Shown here piece by piece: positions 1-9,641 of a stretch of 64,000 nucleotides of DNA (positions within the stretch are counted from its first letter, which is position 1; each line of letters starts with the position of its first letter). The position numbers and the translations under genes were made by a program. Below the pieces are notes generated by a model. It was not told the origin of the DNA. It saw nothing but the letters and a program-made list of their open reading frames with translations, and ran no database searches. The stretch comes from a bacterium (GTDB lineage Bacteria; Bacillota_I; Bacilli_A; RF39; UBA660), in assembly GCA_029100545.1 (NCBI GenBank), contig JAQXPH010000016.1:10008-74007 (forward strand), written 5' to 3'.

Positions 1-177
1 GAAGAAAAAGAAATTACATTAAAAAATTTTTTAGAAAATGTAAGTTTTGTAGTTGAAGATTATACTCCAAGTTGTAAATATTATAAAGATAGTTCTTTAT
101 ATTTAGAAATTACTGCTTTATCAACTGAAGAAAAGGAAGTTATATATAAAATACCTATTGTTTTTGAAGATTGTTAA
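1..177 (+). CDS. 3' end of a hypothetical protein; the 5' part lies outside the window
   Basis: Frame-1 ORF open from position 1 (...EEKEITLKNFLENVSFVVEDYTPSCKYYKDSSLYLEITALSTEEKEVIYKIPIVFEDC) to the TAA at 175-177. Confidence 0.4.
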   Translation, partial: EEKEITLKNFLENVSFVVEDYTPSCKYYKDSSLYLEITALSTEEKEVIYKIPIVFEDC

Positions 178-495
178 ATTTTTTTTATTAAAATTCTTGC
201 TAGAAAATGTTAGAATTTTTTTATAAGGTATGATTCTATTATGGAAGAAAAAAAATATAAAAATGTTATCGTTAATTTTGGTAATAAAATAAAACATAAT
301 ATTAATAAAAAAAATAAGTAAACTATTTACTATTGAAGATATTAATATTCTAAATATTGAAAAGATAATAAATTATTTTAATGATAATAGTTTTAATTAT
401 ATTTATTTAAAAAAAATAAAATTATATATAAATATTAATAAAATATGTTTATTAGTATTTATTAAATTTTAAATAAACATGCTGACATTTTAAGT

Positions 496-1220
496 ATGAG
501 TGATATAATTTTATTAGATGGTGATAGTATGATATATATAACTGGAGATAAACATGCTGATTTTAGTGAAGTCTTTCATTTTTGTTATGCAAATAATACT
601 TCTTTAGATGATATACTAATTGTTTTAGGAGATTCAGGAATAAATTATTATGCTAACGAAAAAGATTATATGCTTAAAAAAACTTATTACAGTATCCAAT
701 AACATTTTTCTGTATTCATGGTAATCATGAAGAAAGACCAGAAAATATAAAGTCATATAAAACAAAAAAATTTCATGAAGGAATTGTATATTATGAAGAA
801 GATTATCCAAATATATTGTTTGCTAAAGATGGAGAAATATATAATTTTAACAATAAAAAGGTATTAGTCATAGGAGAAGCTTATAGTGTTGATAAATATT
901 TTAGACTAGCTAGAGGATATAATTGGTATGAAAGTGAACAACCAAGTGAAGAAACGAAAAATAAAGTAAAGAGTGTTTTAGCAGACTTAAATAATAAAAT
1001 TGATATGATTTTATCTCATACTTGTCCTTATAAATATTTGCCAAGAGAAATGTTTTTAGAAGGAATAGATCAAAGTACAGTTGACAATTCTACCGAATAT
1101 TTTTTAGATGAAATTGAAGAATCTACTGATTATAATTTGTGGTATTGTGGTCATTATCATACTGATAAAGAAACTAATAAATTAGTATTTATGTTTCATA
1201 AAATTGAAAAGTTTAAATGA
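496..1220 (+). pseudogene. Calcineurin-like metallophosphoesterase, frameshifted (or wrongly sequenced) inside an A7 run at 676-682
   Basis: ORF 496..702 (LGDSGINYY...) stops at 700-702. The next frame is open from 678 and reads ...FFCIHGNHEERPENIK... (the GNHE metallophosphoesterase motif), continuing through ORF 816..1220 (HTCPYKY, CGHYHTD). The two frames together make one phosphoesterase. Confidence 0.6.
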
Positions 1221-1367
1221 ATGGATTCAAAAACTATGCATATTTTATTATTTACTAATCTATTTCTATAAATGATGTAATTTGATATAATAAATTGGAA
1301 ATATTTGACATAATTTGACATAATGTATAAGTTATGATATAATTATTTTGTTATTCAGGGGGAAAAG

Positions 1368-2015
1368 ATGAATAAAAATAATTATGTCCTCCACAATAAG
1401 TGGAGAATGATAAAAAAATTAATACAAAAAAATATTAATAATTTAATAAATATAGGAGTGGCTTTAAGTATATTATTTATAGCTATGTTTGCTCCTTCAA
1501 TTGAAAAAAAAGAAGTTATTGAATCTTCAACTAGATTATTTGATTCATATTCTAAAAATATAAGTAAAGAAGATAAAATAAATTATATATTAGAAAAATA
1601 TAATTTAACAAAGTATCAATTTAATGTACTTTCTGCTATAGTATTAACTGAAGCTGAAAGTAATTCATATGATGATGCATATGCTGTAATAAATACAATA
1701 TATAATCGAACTCATGCTAAAAACTGGGTAAAATCTTGTAGTAATTATTTTGGTGAAAAAAATGGTAATAATTTATATTATCAAGCAATAATGCCAAATC
1801 AGTTTGTAGTATATCAACATGGTACATATAAAAAATATTTAAATAATACATCATTAAAAGGATATGATGCAATAATTGACTTTTTATATAATGAAGAAAT
1901 TATGCATAATTATTTATCATTTAGGTCTAATTTTATTAAAATTAATGGATCTGAAAAATTTAGTGATAGAGGAAATAATTATTTTAATATTTTAGATGAT
2001 AGTAATAGAATTTAG
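1368..2015 (+). CDS. SleB/CwlJ-family cell wall hydrolase (Hydrolase_2 domain), membrane-anchored
   Basis: N-terminal TM helix; the segment LSAIVLTEAESNSYDDAYAVINTIYNR matches the conserved spore-cortex-lytic (SleB/CwlJ) signature (EA..E......AV..V..NR). Confidence 0.6.
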   Translation: MNKNNYVLHNKWRMIKKLIQKNINNLINIGVALSILFIAMFAPSIEKKEVIESSTRLFDSYSKNISKEDKINYILEKYNLTKYQFNVLSAIVLTEAESNSYDDAYAVINTIYNRTHAKNWVKSCSNYFGEKNGNNLYYQAIMPNQFVVYQHGTYKKYLNNTSLKGYDAIIDFLYNEEIMHNYLSFRSNFIKINGSEKFSDRGNNYFNILDDSNRI

Positions 2016-2071
2016 AAAATCCTTGTTTTAGGATTTTTTTTGTGCTAGTATACTAATTATTGGTGATAAAT

Positions 2072-2803
2072 ATGGAAATTAAAAGATATGAATTATTACA
2101 AATTCTAAAAAAATCAAAATTTTTAGGTACTGGTGGTGGAGGAACAGCTTATTATAATTCAAAAATTAATAAAGTAATAAAAATTTTTCATTCGTTTAAT
2201 GAACCATGTTTATATAATTCTTATAAAAAGGAAGATATATTAAGATTTAATAACATTCAAACTAAAATATTTATATTTCCAATAGAAGCGGTTATTATTG
2301 ATGACATTGCTGTAGGATATATATGTGATTATGTTAAAGGAAATACACTTCAAAATATAAATTTACTTAGTTTAAATTTAAACAAATTTGTTTATTTTGT
2401 TAATGAAAGTTTACCTGATATAAAAGAAGTAAGTAATAATAAAATTGCATTATATGATATTGCATATAATATTATGTTTGGAGATGATGGATTATTTATT
2501 ATTGATACTGATGATTATTTTTTTTCAAACAAAGATAACTTAGATAAACTAAATAATTATATTTTTAATGATAGTATAAAAACTTTTTTAGTAGATAATT
2601 ATTTTAATGAATTTGTAAATTCGGATAAATTATTAAAAGAAATGTATTCTGATAAAGAGTGTGATATTAATGATTTTATGTTATATTTTATTAATAGTTT
2701 ATCCGAATATATTGGTGTTAAAATTAATACTTTAATTGAGGCATTTCCTGCTTTAAATAAAAATTATTATGAACCTATTTTTATTCGAAAAAGAATAAGA
2801 TAA
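2072..2803 (+). CDS. Hypothetical protein with a protein-kinase-like glycine-rich loop (putative phosphotransferase, kinase-like fold)
   Basis: GTGGGGTAYY followed by a VIKIF lysine; later aspartate-rich segments (YDIAYNIMFGDD, FIIDTDDY). ATG at 2072 preferred over the TTG at 2060 because a GGTGA Shine-Dalgarno precedes it. Confidence 0.35.
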   Translation: MEIKRYELLQILKKSKFLGTGGGGTAYYNSKINKVIKIFHSFNEPCLYNSYKKEDILRFNNIQTKIFIFPIEAVIIDDIAVGYICDYVKGNTLQNINLLSLNLNKFVYFVNESLPDIKEVSNNKIALYDIAYNIMFGDDGLFIIDTDDYFFSNKDNLDKLNNYIFNDSIKTFLVDNYFNEFVNSDKLLKEMYSDKECDINDFMLYFINSLSEYIGVKINTLIEAFPALNKNYYEPIFIRKRIR

Positions 2804-2862
2804 AATATTGTAAGTGCATTGACAAAAAAATATATAAATCTTATAATTAGATACGTGATGTT

Positions 2863-3321
2863 ATGGAAGATAAAAATTTTTTGCGTGAAATTAAAGCATT
2901 AGATCATTTAATAATAAATAGATTAAGTGTAGATTGTATTTCAAATATTAATAGAATAACTCCCTCTCAAATACATATTTTGGAATATATTATTAATAGT
3001 CCTAAAAAAGAGGTATATCAAAAAGATTTAGAAAAAATAATAAATCATTCAAGAGCTACGGTTTCTAGTGTTTTAATAACAATGGAAAAAAATGGTTTAA
3101 TTAAAAGAATTACTGATAATAATGATACTAGAATTAAAAAAATAGTTTTAAGTAATAAAGCGTTAAATGTTTTTGAAAAAAGCAAAAAAAACATTAATTT
3201 AATTGAAAAAGAATGTTTAAATGGTATTAGTCAAAATGACTTATGCATATTTTATAAAGTGCTAAATAAAATGAAAAATAATTTACAAAGAAAGGATGAT
3301 ATATATGATGAAATTATTTAA
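2863..3321 (+). CDS. MarR-family transcriptional regulator
   Basis: 152 aa with a winged-helix core (SQIHILEYI...ATVSSVLITMEKNGLIKR...DTRIKKIVLS). Directly precedes, and overlaps, an ABC exporter pair. Confidence 0.7.
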   Translation: MEDKNFLREIKALDHLIINRLSVDCISNINRITPSQIHILEYIINSPKKEVYQKDLEKIINHSRATVSSVLITMEKNGLIKRITDNNDTRIKKIVLSNKALNVFEKSKKNINLIEKECLNGISQNDLCIFYKVLNKMKNNLQRKDDIYDEII

Positions 3322-5062
3322 AAATATTAATTTAAAAGAATGGTTAATGATATTAATATGCTTAATACTTGTTTTTATTCAAGTTTGGTTAGAACTTAAA
3401 ATGCCTGATTATATGTCACAAATAACTGTTTTACTTCAAGGTGAAGGAAGCAAAATGAAAGATATTTTAACTAATGGTGGGTTTATGCTATTATGTGCAT
3501 TTGGCTCATTAATAAGTGCAATTATAACAAGTTATTTATTAACTATTATATCTTCAAAATTTGCTAAAAGATTAAGAAGGAAAATATTTAGTAAAACTTT
3601 AAATATTTCTCCTGCCGAAGTAAAAAAATTTTCTATAAGTAGTTTAATAACAAGAACAACAAATGATGTTAATCAAGTTGAAATGTTTTTATCTATGGGA
3701 GTAATGCTTTTATTTAAAGCACCAATTACTGCAATTTGGGGTATAAAAAAAATATTAAATAAAAGTTGGCAATGGAGTGCTTTAACAGCAGGTGCAATAG
3801 TAATTATACTTCTTACAATTGGAATTATAGTAAGTATAGTAATGCCAAGATTTAGTATAGTTCAAAAATTAATTGATAAAGTTAATCGTATAATTAGAGA
3901 AAACTTAACTGGTATAAGAGTAATAAGAGCATTTAATGCAGAAAAATATCAAGAAAATAAATTTAATACTGAAAATAAAAAATTAACAAATACACAATTA
4001 TTTAATCAAAAATGTTTTGCAGTTTTACAACCAGTTATGCAAACGTCTATGAATTTATTAACATTAGGTATTTATTTTATTGGAGCTATTTTAATTAAAA
4101 ATTCTTTAATGGCAAACAAACTTACTTTATTCGGAGACATGGTAGTATTTTCATCATATGCTATGCAAATAATAATGTCATTTGTAATGCTTTCTATGAT
4201 TTTTATGATTTTACCTAGAGCAAATGTATCTGCGAAAAGAATTAATGAAGTTCTTGATACTGAAAGTTCAATTATTTATGGTAATTACTCTGGTAAAACT
4301 GCTGAAAGTGGTGTTGTTGAATTTAAAAATGTTTCTTTTAAATATCCAGATGCTGATGAATATTTATTAAAAGATATTTCATTTAAAGTAGAAAAAGGTC
4401 AAACTATTGCATTTATTGGCTCTACTGGTAGTGGCAAAAGTACTTTAATTAATTTAGTACCTAGATTTTATGATGCTACTGAAGGAGAAGTTTTAGTTGA
4501 TGGTGTAAATGTTAAAGATTATAACAAGGATGCTCTTAATAATAAGATTGGATATGTTTCTCAAAAAGCAGTTATGTTTGATGGAACAGTTAAATCAAAT
4601 ATTACTTATGGAAAATCTAAAAATAAAATTACTGATGAAAAAGTTAAAGAAGCAATTAAAGTTGCACAAGCACAGGATTTTGTTTTAAAAATGGATAAAA
4701 CTTATGATTCTCATATTGCATCACGTGGGACAAATATTTCTGGAGGACAAAAACAAAGACTTTCAATTGCTAGAGCTATTGCAAAAGATCCTGAAATATA
4801 CATTTTCGATGATTCATTTTCAGCATTAGATTATAAAACAGATTCAGTTTTACGTAAGGAATTAAAAAAATATACAAAAAATGCAACTACATTAATTGTT
4901 GCTCAAAGAATAGGAACAATTTTAAATGCAGATAAAATTATAGTACTTGATAATGGAAAAGTAGTGGGTTCTGGAACACATAAAGAATTATTAGAAAATT
5001 GTGATGTTTATAAAGAAATTGCATATTCACAACTTTCTAGAAAGGAGTTAGAAAATGCGTAA
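3305..5062 (+). CDS. ABC transporter, fused permease and ATP-binding subunit (exporter half 1)
   Basis: Six-TM N-terminal domain; Walker A GSTGSGKST, signature ISGGQKQRLSIARA, Walker B IYIFDDSFSALD. Start overlaps the MarR stop. Confidence 0.85.
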   Translation: MMKLFKNINLKEWLMILICLILVFIQVWLELKMPDYMSQITVLLQGEGSKMKDILTNGGFMLLCAFGSLISAIITSYLLTIISSKFAKRLRRKIFSKTLNISPAEVKKFSISSLITRTTNDVNQVEMFLSMGVMLLFKAPITAIWGIKKILNKSWQWSALTAGAIVIILLTIGIIVSIVMPRFSIVQKLIDKVNRIIRENLTGIRVIRAFNAEKYQENKFNTENKKLTNTQLFNQKCFAVLQPVMQTSMNLLTLGIYFIGAILIKNSLMANKLTLFGDMVVFSSYAMQIIMSFVMLSMIFMILPRANVSAKRINEVLDTESSIIYGNYSGKTAESGVVEFKNVSFKYPDADEYLLKDISFKVEKGQTIAFIGSTGSGKSTLINLVPRFYDATEGEVLVDGVNVKDYNKDALNNKIGYVSQKAVMFDGTVKSNITYGKSKNKITDEKVKEAIKVAQAQDFVLKMDKTYDSHIASRGTNISGGQKQRLSIARAIAKDPEIYIFDDSFSALDYKTDSVLRKELKKYTKNATTLIVAQRIGTILNADKIIVLDNGKVVGSGTHKELLENCDVYKEIAYSQLSRKELENA

Positions 5063-7037
5063 GAATAATAAATTTGAAAAAGCAAATGATTTTTCTAGTT
5101 CTATAAAAAGATTAATAAAAGAAATAAAACCATTTAAAGTTTTAATAATAATTAGTTTTGTTTTAGCAATATGTGGCTCAATTCTTACAATAATTACTCC
5201 AAAAAGATTAACTAAATTAACTGATACTATTCAAGCTGGATTAACAATAGATAAAAATAATATTAAACTTCTTAATGAAAAAATTGCATTATCACAAGGA
5301 CAAGATATTGTTATTGATGGTAATATAATTACTTTTGAAGACCAAATGATATATATTAATGAATTTAAAAATTTATCTAGTAATTCAAGTGTAACTGAAA
5401 TATATGATCTGATTGATAATCTTCCAGAAAGTATTCAAAATGTTATCAAACCTAAAATGAATATGGAAACTATTAGGAATATATGTTTATTATTGATGTC
5501 ATTTTATTTAATAAGTGCATTATTTTCATATATTCAATCACTATGTATGACAAATGTTTCTAATAAATTTGCTATGAATTTAAGAGATAGAATATCAAAA
5601 AAGATTAATAAATTACCATTAAAATATTTTGATGCTCATCAAAACGGAGATATTTTATCAAGAGTAACAAACGATGTTGATACTTTAGCTCAAACACTTA
5701 ATAATTCACTTAGTTCACTAGCAAGTAATATAACTTTATGTTTAGGATCAATTATTATGATGTTTAAAACTAATTCAATTCTTGCAATTACATCAATTGG
5801 TTCTTCATTATTAGGTTTAAGTATAATGTTTATTATTTTAATAAAATCACAAAAATATTTTGTTCAAAGACAAACTGAACTAGGTGCATTAAATAGTCAT
5901 ATTGAAGAAGTATATTCAAGTTTAAATATAGTAAATACATATAATGGTAAAGAAATAAGTGAGGAAAAATTTGATAAATGTAATGATAGGGTATGTAAAT
6001 GTAGCATAAAAAGTGAGTTTTTATCTGGTTTAATGCAACCTATTATGAGTTTTATTGGTAATTTTGGTTACGTTGCAGTATGTATAACAGGAGCACTTTT
6101 AGCTTACAATAATCATATAACATTTGGTGTAATTATTGCATTTATAACTTATGTTAGACTATTTACAATGCCTCTTTCACAAATTGCCCAAGGATTAACA
6201 TTTATTCAGTCAGCTGCTGCTGCAAGTGAAAGAGTATTTGAATTCTTGGATGAAAAAGAGTTAGAAAATGAAAAAACAAAAACATTAACACTTGATAAGT
6301 CTAAAGTAAAAGGAAATATTGAATTTAAAAATGTTTCTTTCAAATATGATGATAATGGTAAAACTATTATTAATGATTTTTCTGCTTCTGTAAAATCTGG
6401 ACAAAAAATTGCGATAGTTGGACCAACTGGTGCTGGAAAAACAACAATGGTTAATTTACTTATGAAATTTTATGAGATTAATGATGGCTTAATTACTATT
6501 GATGGTATAAATATAAAAGATTTAACAAGAGAAAATATTCATAATTTATTTACGATGGTATTACAAGATACTTGGCTTTTTGAAGGAACTATAAAAGAAA
6601 ATATTAAATTTAATCATAAAGAAATAAACGATGAAGAAGTAAAAAGTGTTTGTAAATATATAGGACTTGATCATTTTATCAAAACACTACCAAATAGTTA
6701 CGATTCAAAAATATCTGAAAATGATAGTATTTCTGCAGGTCAAAAACAACTTCTTACTATAGCACGTGGAATGTGTGAAAAAGCACCTTTATTAATTCTT
6801 GATGAAGCAACAAGCAATGTTGATACAAGAACTGAAGAATTAGTCCAAAAAGCAATGGATAAATTAATGGAAGGAAAAACTTCATTTATAATTGCACATC
6901 GACTTTCAACAATTAAAAATGCAGATTTAATATTAGTTATGAATGAAGGAAATATTATTGAACAAGGAAATCATGAATCTTTAATGAAGAAAAATGGCTT
7001 CTATGCAAAATTATATAACTCTCAATTTGAATTATAA
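5055..7037 (+). CDS. ABC transporter, fused permease and ATP-binding subunit (exporter half 2). Forms a heterodimeric LmrCD/BmrCD-type pair with the upstream gene
   Basis: TM domain, then GPTGAGKTT, signature SAGQKQLLTIARG, Walker B LLILDEATSNVD. Overlaps the upstream gene by 8 nt. Confidence 0.85.
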   Translation: MRKNNKFEKANDFSSSIKRLIKEIKPFKVLIIISFVLAICGSILTIITPKRLTKLTDTIQAGLTIDKNNIKLLNEKIALSQGQDIVIDGNIITFEDQMIYINEFKNLSSNSSVTEIYDLIDNLPESIQNVIKPKMNMETIRNICLLLMSFYLISALFSYIQSLCMTNVSNKFAMNLRDRISKKINKLPLKYFDAHQNGDILSRVTNDVDTLAQTLNNSLSSLASNITLCLGSIIMMFKTNSILAITSIGSSLLGLSIMFIILIKSQKYFVQRQTELGALNSHIEEVYSSLNIVNTYNGKEISEEKFDKCNDRVCKCSIKSEFLSGLMQPIMSFIGNFGYVAVCITGALLAYNNHITFGVIIAFITYVRLFTMPLSQIAQGLTFIQSAAAASERVFEFLDEKELENEKTKTLTLDKSKVKGNIEFKNVSFKYDDNGKTIINDFSASVKSGQKIAIVGPTGAGKTTMVNLLMKFYEINDGLITIDGINIKDLTRENIHNLFTMVLQDTWLFEGTIKENIKFNHKEINDEEVKSVCKYIGLDHFIKTLPNSYDSKISENDSISAGQKQLLTIARGMCEKAPLLILDEATSNVDTRTEELVQKAMDKLMEGKTSFIIAHRLSTIKNADLILVMNEGNIIEQGNHESLMKKNGFYAKLYNSQFEL

Positions 7038-7041
7038 ATTA

Positions 7042-7070
7042 TTGACAATAATAAAACTTTTTATTAGAAT
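7042..7070 (+). promoter_or_regulatory. Sigma-A-type promoter for the trpS leader
   Basis: TTGACA (7042-7047), 17-nt spacer, TAGAAT (7065-7070). Confidence 0.5.
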
Positions 7071-7084
7071 AAAATTGTAAATCT

Positions 7085-7320
7085 TTGATTCAGAGTAGTA
7101 GATATAATTAATTTTTTTAGAAAGTAATTGGTTGATGAAAAATTATAAATAAATTATATTGAATGGACTGATGAGAGGCTACCGAAAGTATTGTAGGCTA
7201 GCACGGAGTACTTACTTCGTTAACAAGGTAGCATGTATATTTGTACATGATTCACTTTTTAGGTGGCATTAATAAGAATTTAAATCTTATCCTAATTGTT
7301 GGGATAAGATTTTTTTAAAG
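7085..7320 (+). promoter_or_regulatory. T-box leader (tRNA-Trp-sensing riboswitch) with an intrinsic terminator just before trpS
   Basis: About 240-nt structured leader upstream of trpS. T-box-like AGGTGGCA at about 7262-7269, a UGG-containing candidate specifier region (gaatggac), a terminator hairpin atcttatcc...ggataagat (7284-7310) and a T6 run at 7311-7316. Confidence 0.6.
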
Positions 7321-7333
7321 AAAGGAAATGATT

Positions 7334-8320
7334 ATGAAAAAAAGAATATTAACAGGATTAAAACCAACTGGAGAACTTACTTTAGGTAATTATATTGGAG
7401 CAATATCACAAATGGTTGAACTTTCTAATGATGAAAATAATGAAGTATACCTTTTTGTCGCAGATCTTCATGCCCTTACTGAATACCAAGATCCTAGTAC
7501 TCTAAGAGAAAGAATTAAAAAATTTATTGCAATGTATATTGCCTGTGGAATGGATCCAGAAAAGGTATCTATTTATATACAATCAGATAATGAATATATT
7601 CCAATGATTTCTTGGATTTTAGAGTGTAATACCTATTATGGTGAAGCTTCAAGGATGATTCAATTTAAGGAAAAATCTAAAGGTAAAGAAAACTTTACTG
7701 TTGGACTTTTAACATATCCAATTTTAATGGCTGCGGATATTTTATATTGTGATGCTGATTTAGTTCCTGTAGGAATAGATCAAAAACAACATGTTGAACT
7801 TGCTCGTGATATAGCCGAAAGATTTAATAATAAGTATGGTAAAACTTTTAAACTTCCAGAACCTCTTATAAGTAAAGAGGGAATTAAAATTAAAGATTTA
7901 AAAGATCCAAGTAAAAAAATGAGTAAGTCTGAAGTAAATCCAAATGGTGTTATATCTTTATTTGATAGTCCAGAAATAGTTAGTAAAAAGATTATGGGAG
8001 CAACAACTGATAGTGAAAACTTAGTTTATTATGATGAAGAAAATAAACCTGGTATTTCAAATTTACTTAATATAGCAAGTGTTATTTCTAAAAGAAGTAT
8101 TGATGATATCGCAAATGAATATAAAGCATCTGGATATGGCAACTTTAAAAAATATGTTGCATCATTAACATCAAATATGATAAATGATATTCAAGGAAAA
8201 TATAATTATATCATTAATTCAGGTAAACTCGAAGAAATTCTAAACAAAGGTAAAGAAAACTCAAGAAAACTTGCTTATGAAAAAATGATCGAAATGAAGA
8301 AAAAAGTTGGACTTAATTAA
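7334..8320 (+). CDS. trpS: Tryptophan--tRNA ligase
   Basis: GLKPTGELTLGNY (HIGH-like region), the KMSKS motif at about residue 196, and the typical roughly 330-aa length. ATG at 7334 sits 9 nt after AAAGG. Confidence 0.9.
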   Translation: MKKRILTGLKPTGELTLGNYIGAISQMVELSNDENNEVYLFVADLHALTEYQDPSTLRERIKKFIAMYIACGMDPEKVSIYIQSDNEYIPMISWILECNTYYGEASRMIQFKEKSKGKENFTVGLLTYPILMAADILYCDADLVPVGIDQKQHVELARDIAERFNNKYGKTFKLPEPLISKEGIKIKDLKDPSKKMSKSEVNPNGVISLFDSPEIVSKKIMGATTDSENLVYYDEENKPGISNLLNIASVISKRSIDDIANEYKASGYGNFKKYVASLTSNMINDIQGKYNYIINSGKLEEILNKGKENSRKLAYEKMIEMKKKVGLN

Positions 8321-8335
8321 AAAAAGTGTTATAAT
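8307..8335 (+). promoter_or_regulatory. Sigma-A promoter with extended -10 for the metK leader, lying in the 3' end of trpS
   Basis: TTGGAC (8307-8312), 17-nt spacer, TGtTATAAT (8327-8335). Confidence 0.5.
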
Positions 8336-8344
8336 TAATATACA

Positions 8345-8470
8345 TCTTATAAAGAGTGATGGAGGGACTAGCCCGTTGAAGTCACACCAACCTATTAAAT
8401 TAGGTGGTAATGCTAGATCTATAAGATAACTTTATCACTCAAGATATTGTTATCTTGGGTGTTTTTTTGA
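8345..8470 (+). promoter_or_regulatory. SAM-I (S-box) riboswitch with rho-independent terminator
   Basis: tcttataaagagtgatggagggactagcccgttgaagtcacaccaacc...ggtggtaatgc...ataagata matches the S-box consensus (CTTATCAAGAG..GGAGGGACTGGCCCGATGAA..CC.GCAACC). Terminator caagata/tatcttg plus a T7 run at about 8440-8468, directly upstream of metK. Confidence 0.85.
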
Positions 8471-8528
8471 AAGGAGGAAAGTTTATTAAGCATTTTCTTT
8501 CAAGGTGTAAAAAAGAAAAGGAGTATAT

Positions 8529-9551
8529 ATGAAATTATATAGTAATGAAATTGTTTTTCGAGGTCATCCAGATAAAGTATGTGACCAAATTAGTGATGCA
8601 CTTTTAGATGCATATTTAAAAGAGGATAAATCCTCAAGATGTGGTATTGAAGTAATGGGAGGAAAAAATAAAATATTTATTACAGGTGAAGTAACAAGTA
8701 AAGCCAAAGTAAATATTGAAAATATTGTCAAAAGAGTTTTAAAAGATGTTGGTTATAACGATAACTTTGAAATAATTAATAATTTAGGTATTCAAAGCAA
8801 AGATATTGCACTTGGAACTAATGATGTAGTATGTGGTGCCGGTGATAATGGTATGATGTTTGGGTATGCTTGCCGTGATACTAAAGAATATCTTCCTACA
8901 TCTATGGTAATACTTCAAAAACTTTCTAAAGCTTATGATAAAATTAGAAAAACTGATAGTAGATTTTTACCAGATGGTAAAGCTCAAATAACAGGATATT
9001 ATGAAAATAATAAATTAATAAAAATAAAAGATTTTGTAATATGCTATCAAAATACTGAAAAAGAGAGAAATATTACCGATAATATTTTAATTAATATTTG
9101 TAATGAAATTTGTAAAAAATATAATATTTCTGTAGAAAAATATATAATTAATCCTACGGGTAAATTTTTAATTGGTGGTTTTGATGCAGATGCAGGTCTT
9201 ACTGGAAGAAAAATTGTCGTTGATTCTTATCAATCTTTTGCACCAGTTGGTGGAGGTGCTTTTTCTGGTAAAGATCCAAGTAAAGTTGATAGATCTGCTT
9301 CATATATGGCAAGAATCATTGCTAAAGATATATTAAAGAAAAATAGCAAACTTTCTTTCGTACTTGTTCAAATATCATATGCAATAGGTCTTAAAAAGCC
9401 ATTAGCAATTTATATTACGTCAAATATTGGAGATTTACCTGTGCCGAATAATTTATATGATAAATGCTCAGTTTCAAATATAATTAAAAGCCTTGATTTA
9501 CTAAATGAAAATTATGAAAAAAGAGCAATGTTTGGTCATTTTATTGACTAA
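8529..9551 (+). CDS. metK: S-adenosylmethionine synthetase (compact, 340 aa)
   Basis: GHPDKVCDQISDA N-terminal motif and the GGGAFSGKDPSKVDRSASYMAR P-loop signature. Preceded by a SAM riboswitch. Confidence 0.85.
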   Translation: MKLYSNEIVFRGHPDKVCDQISDALLDAYLKEDKSSRCGIEVMGGKNKIFITGEVTSKAKVNIENIVKRVLKDVGYNDNFEIINNLGIQSKDIALGTNDVVCGAGDNGMMFGYACRDTKEYLPTSMVILQKLSKAYDKIRKTDSRFLPDGKAQITGYYENNKLIKIKDFVICYQNTEKERNITDNILINICNEICKKYNISVEKYIINPTGKFLIGGFDADAGLTGRKIVVDSYQSFAPVGGGAFSGKDPSKVDRSASYMARIIAKDILKKNSKLSFVLVQISYAIGLKKPLAIYITSNIGDLPVPNNLYDKCSVSNIIKSLDLLNENYEKRAMFGHFID

Positions 9552-9641
9552 ATTTGCTTTTTTTTATGTAGTTTATAATTGATAAAATTAAAAAACATTT
9601 AAAAAATAATTAATATTTGATAAAATTTATATAGATGATAT

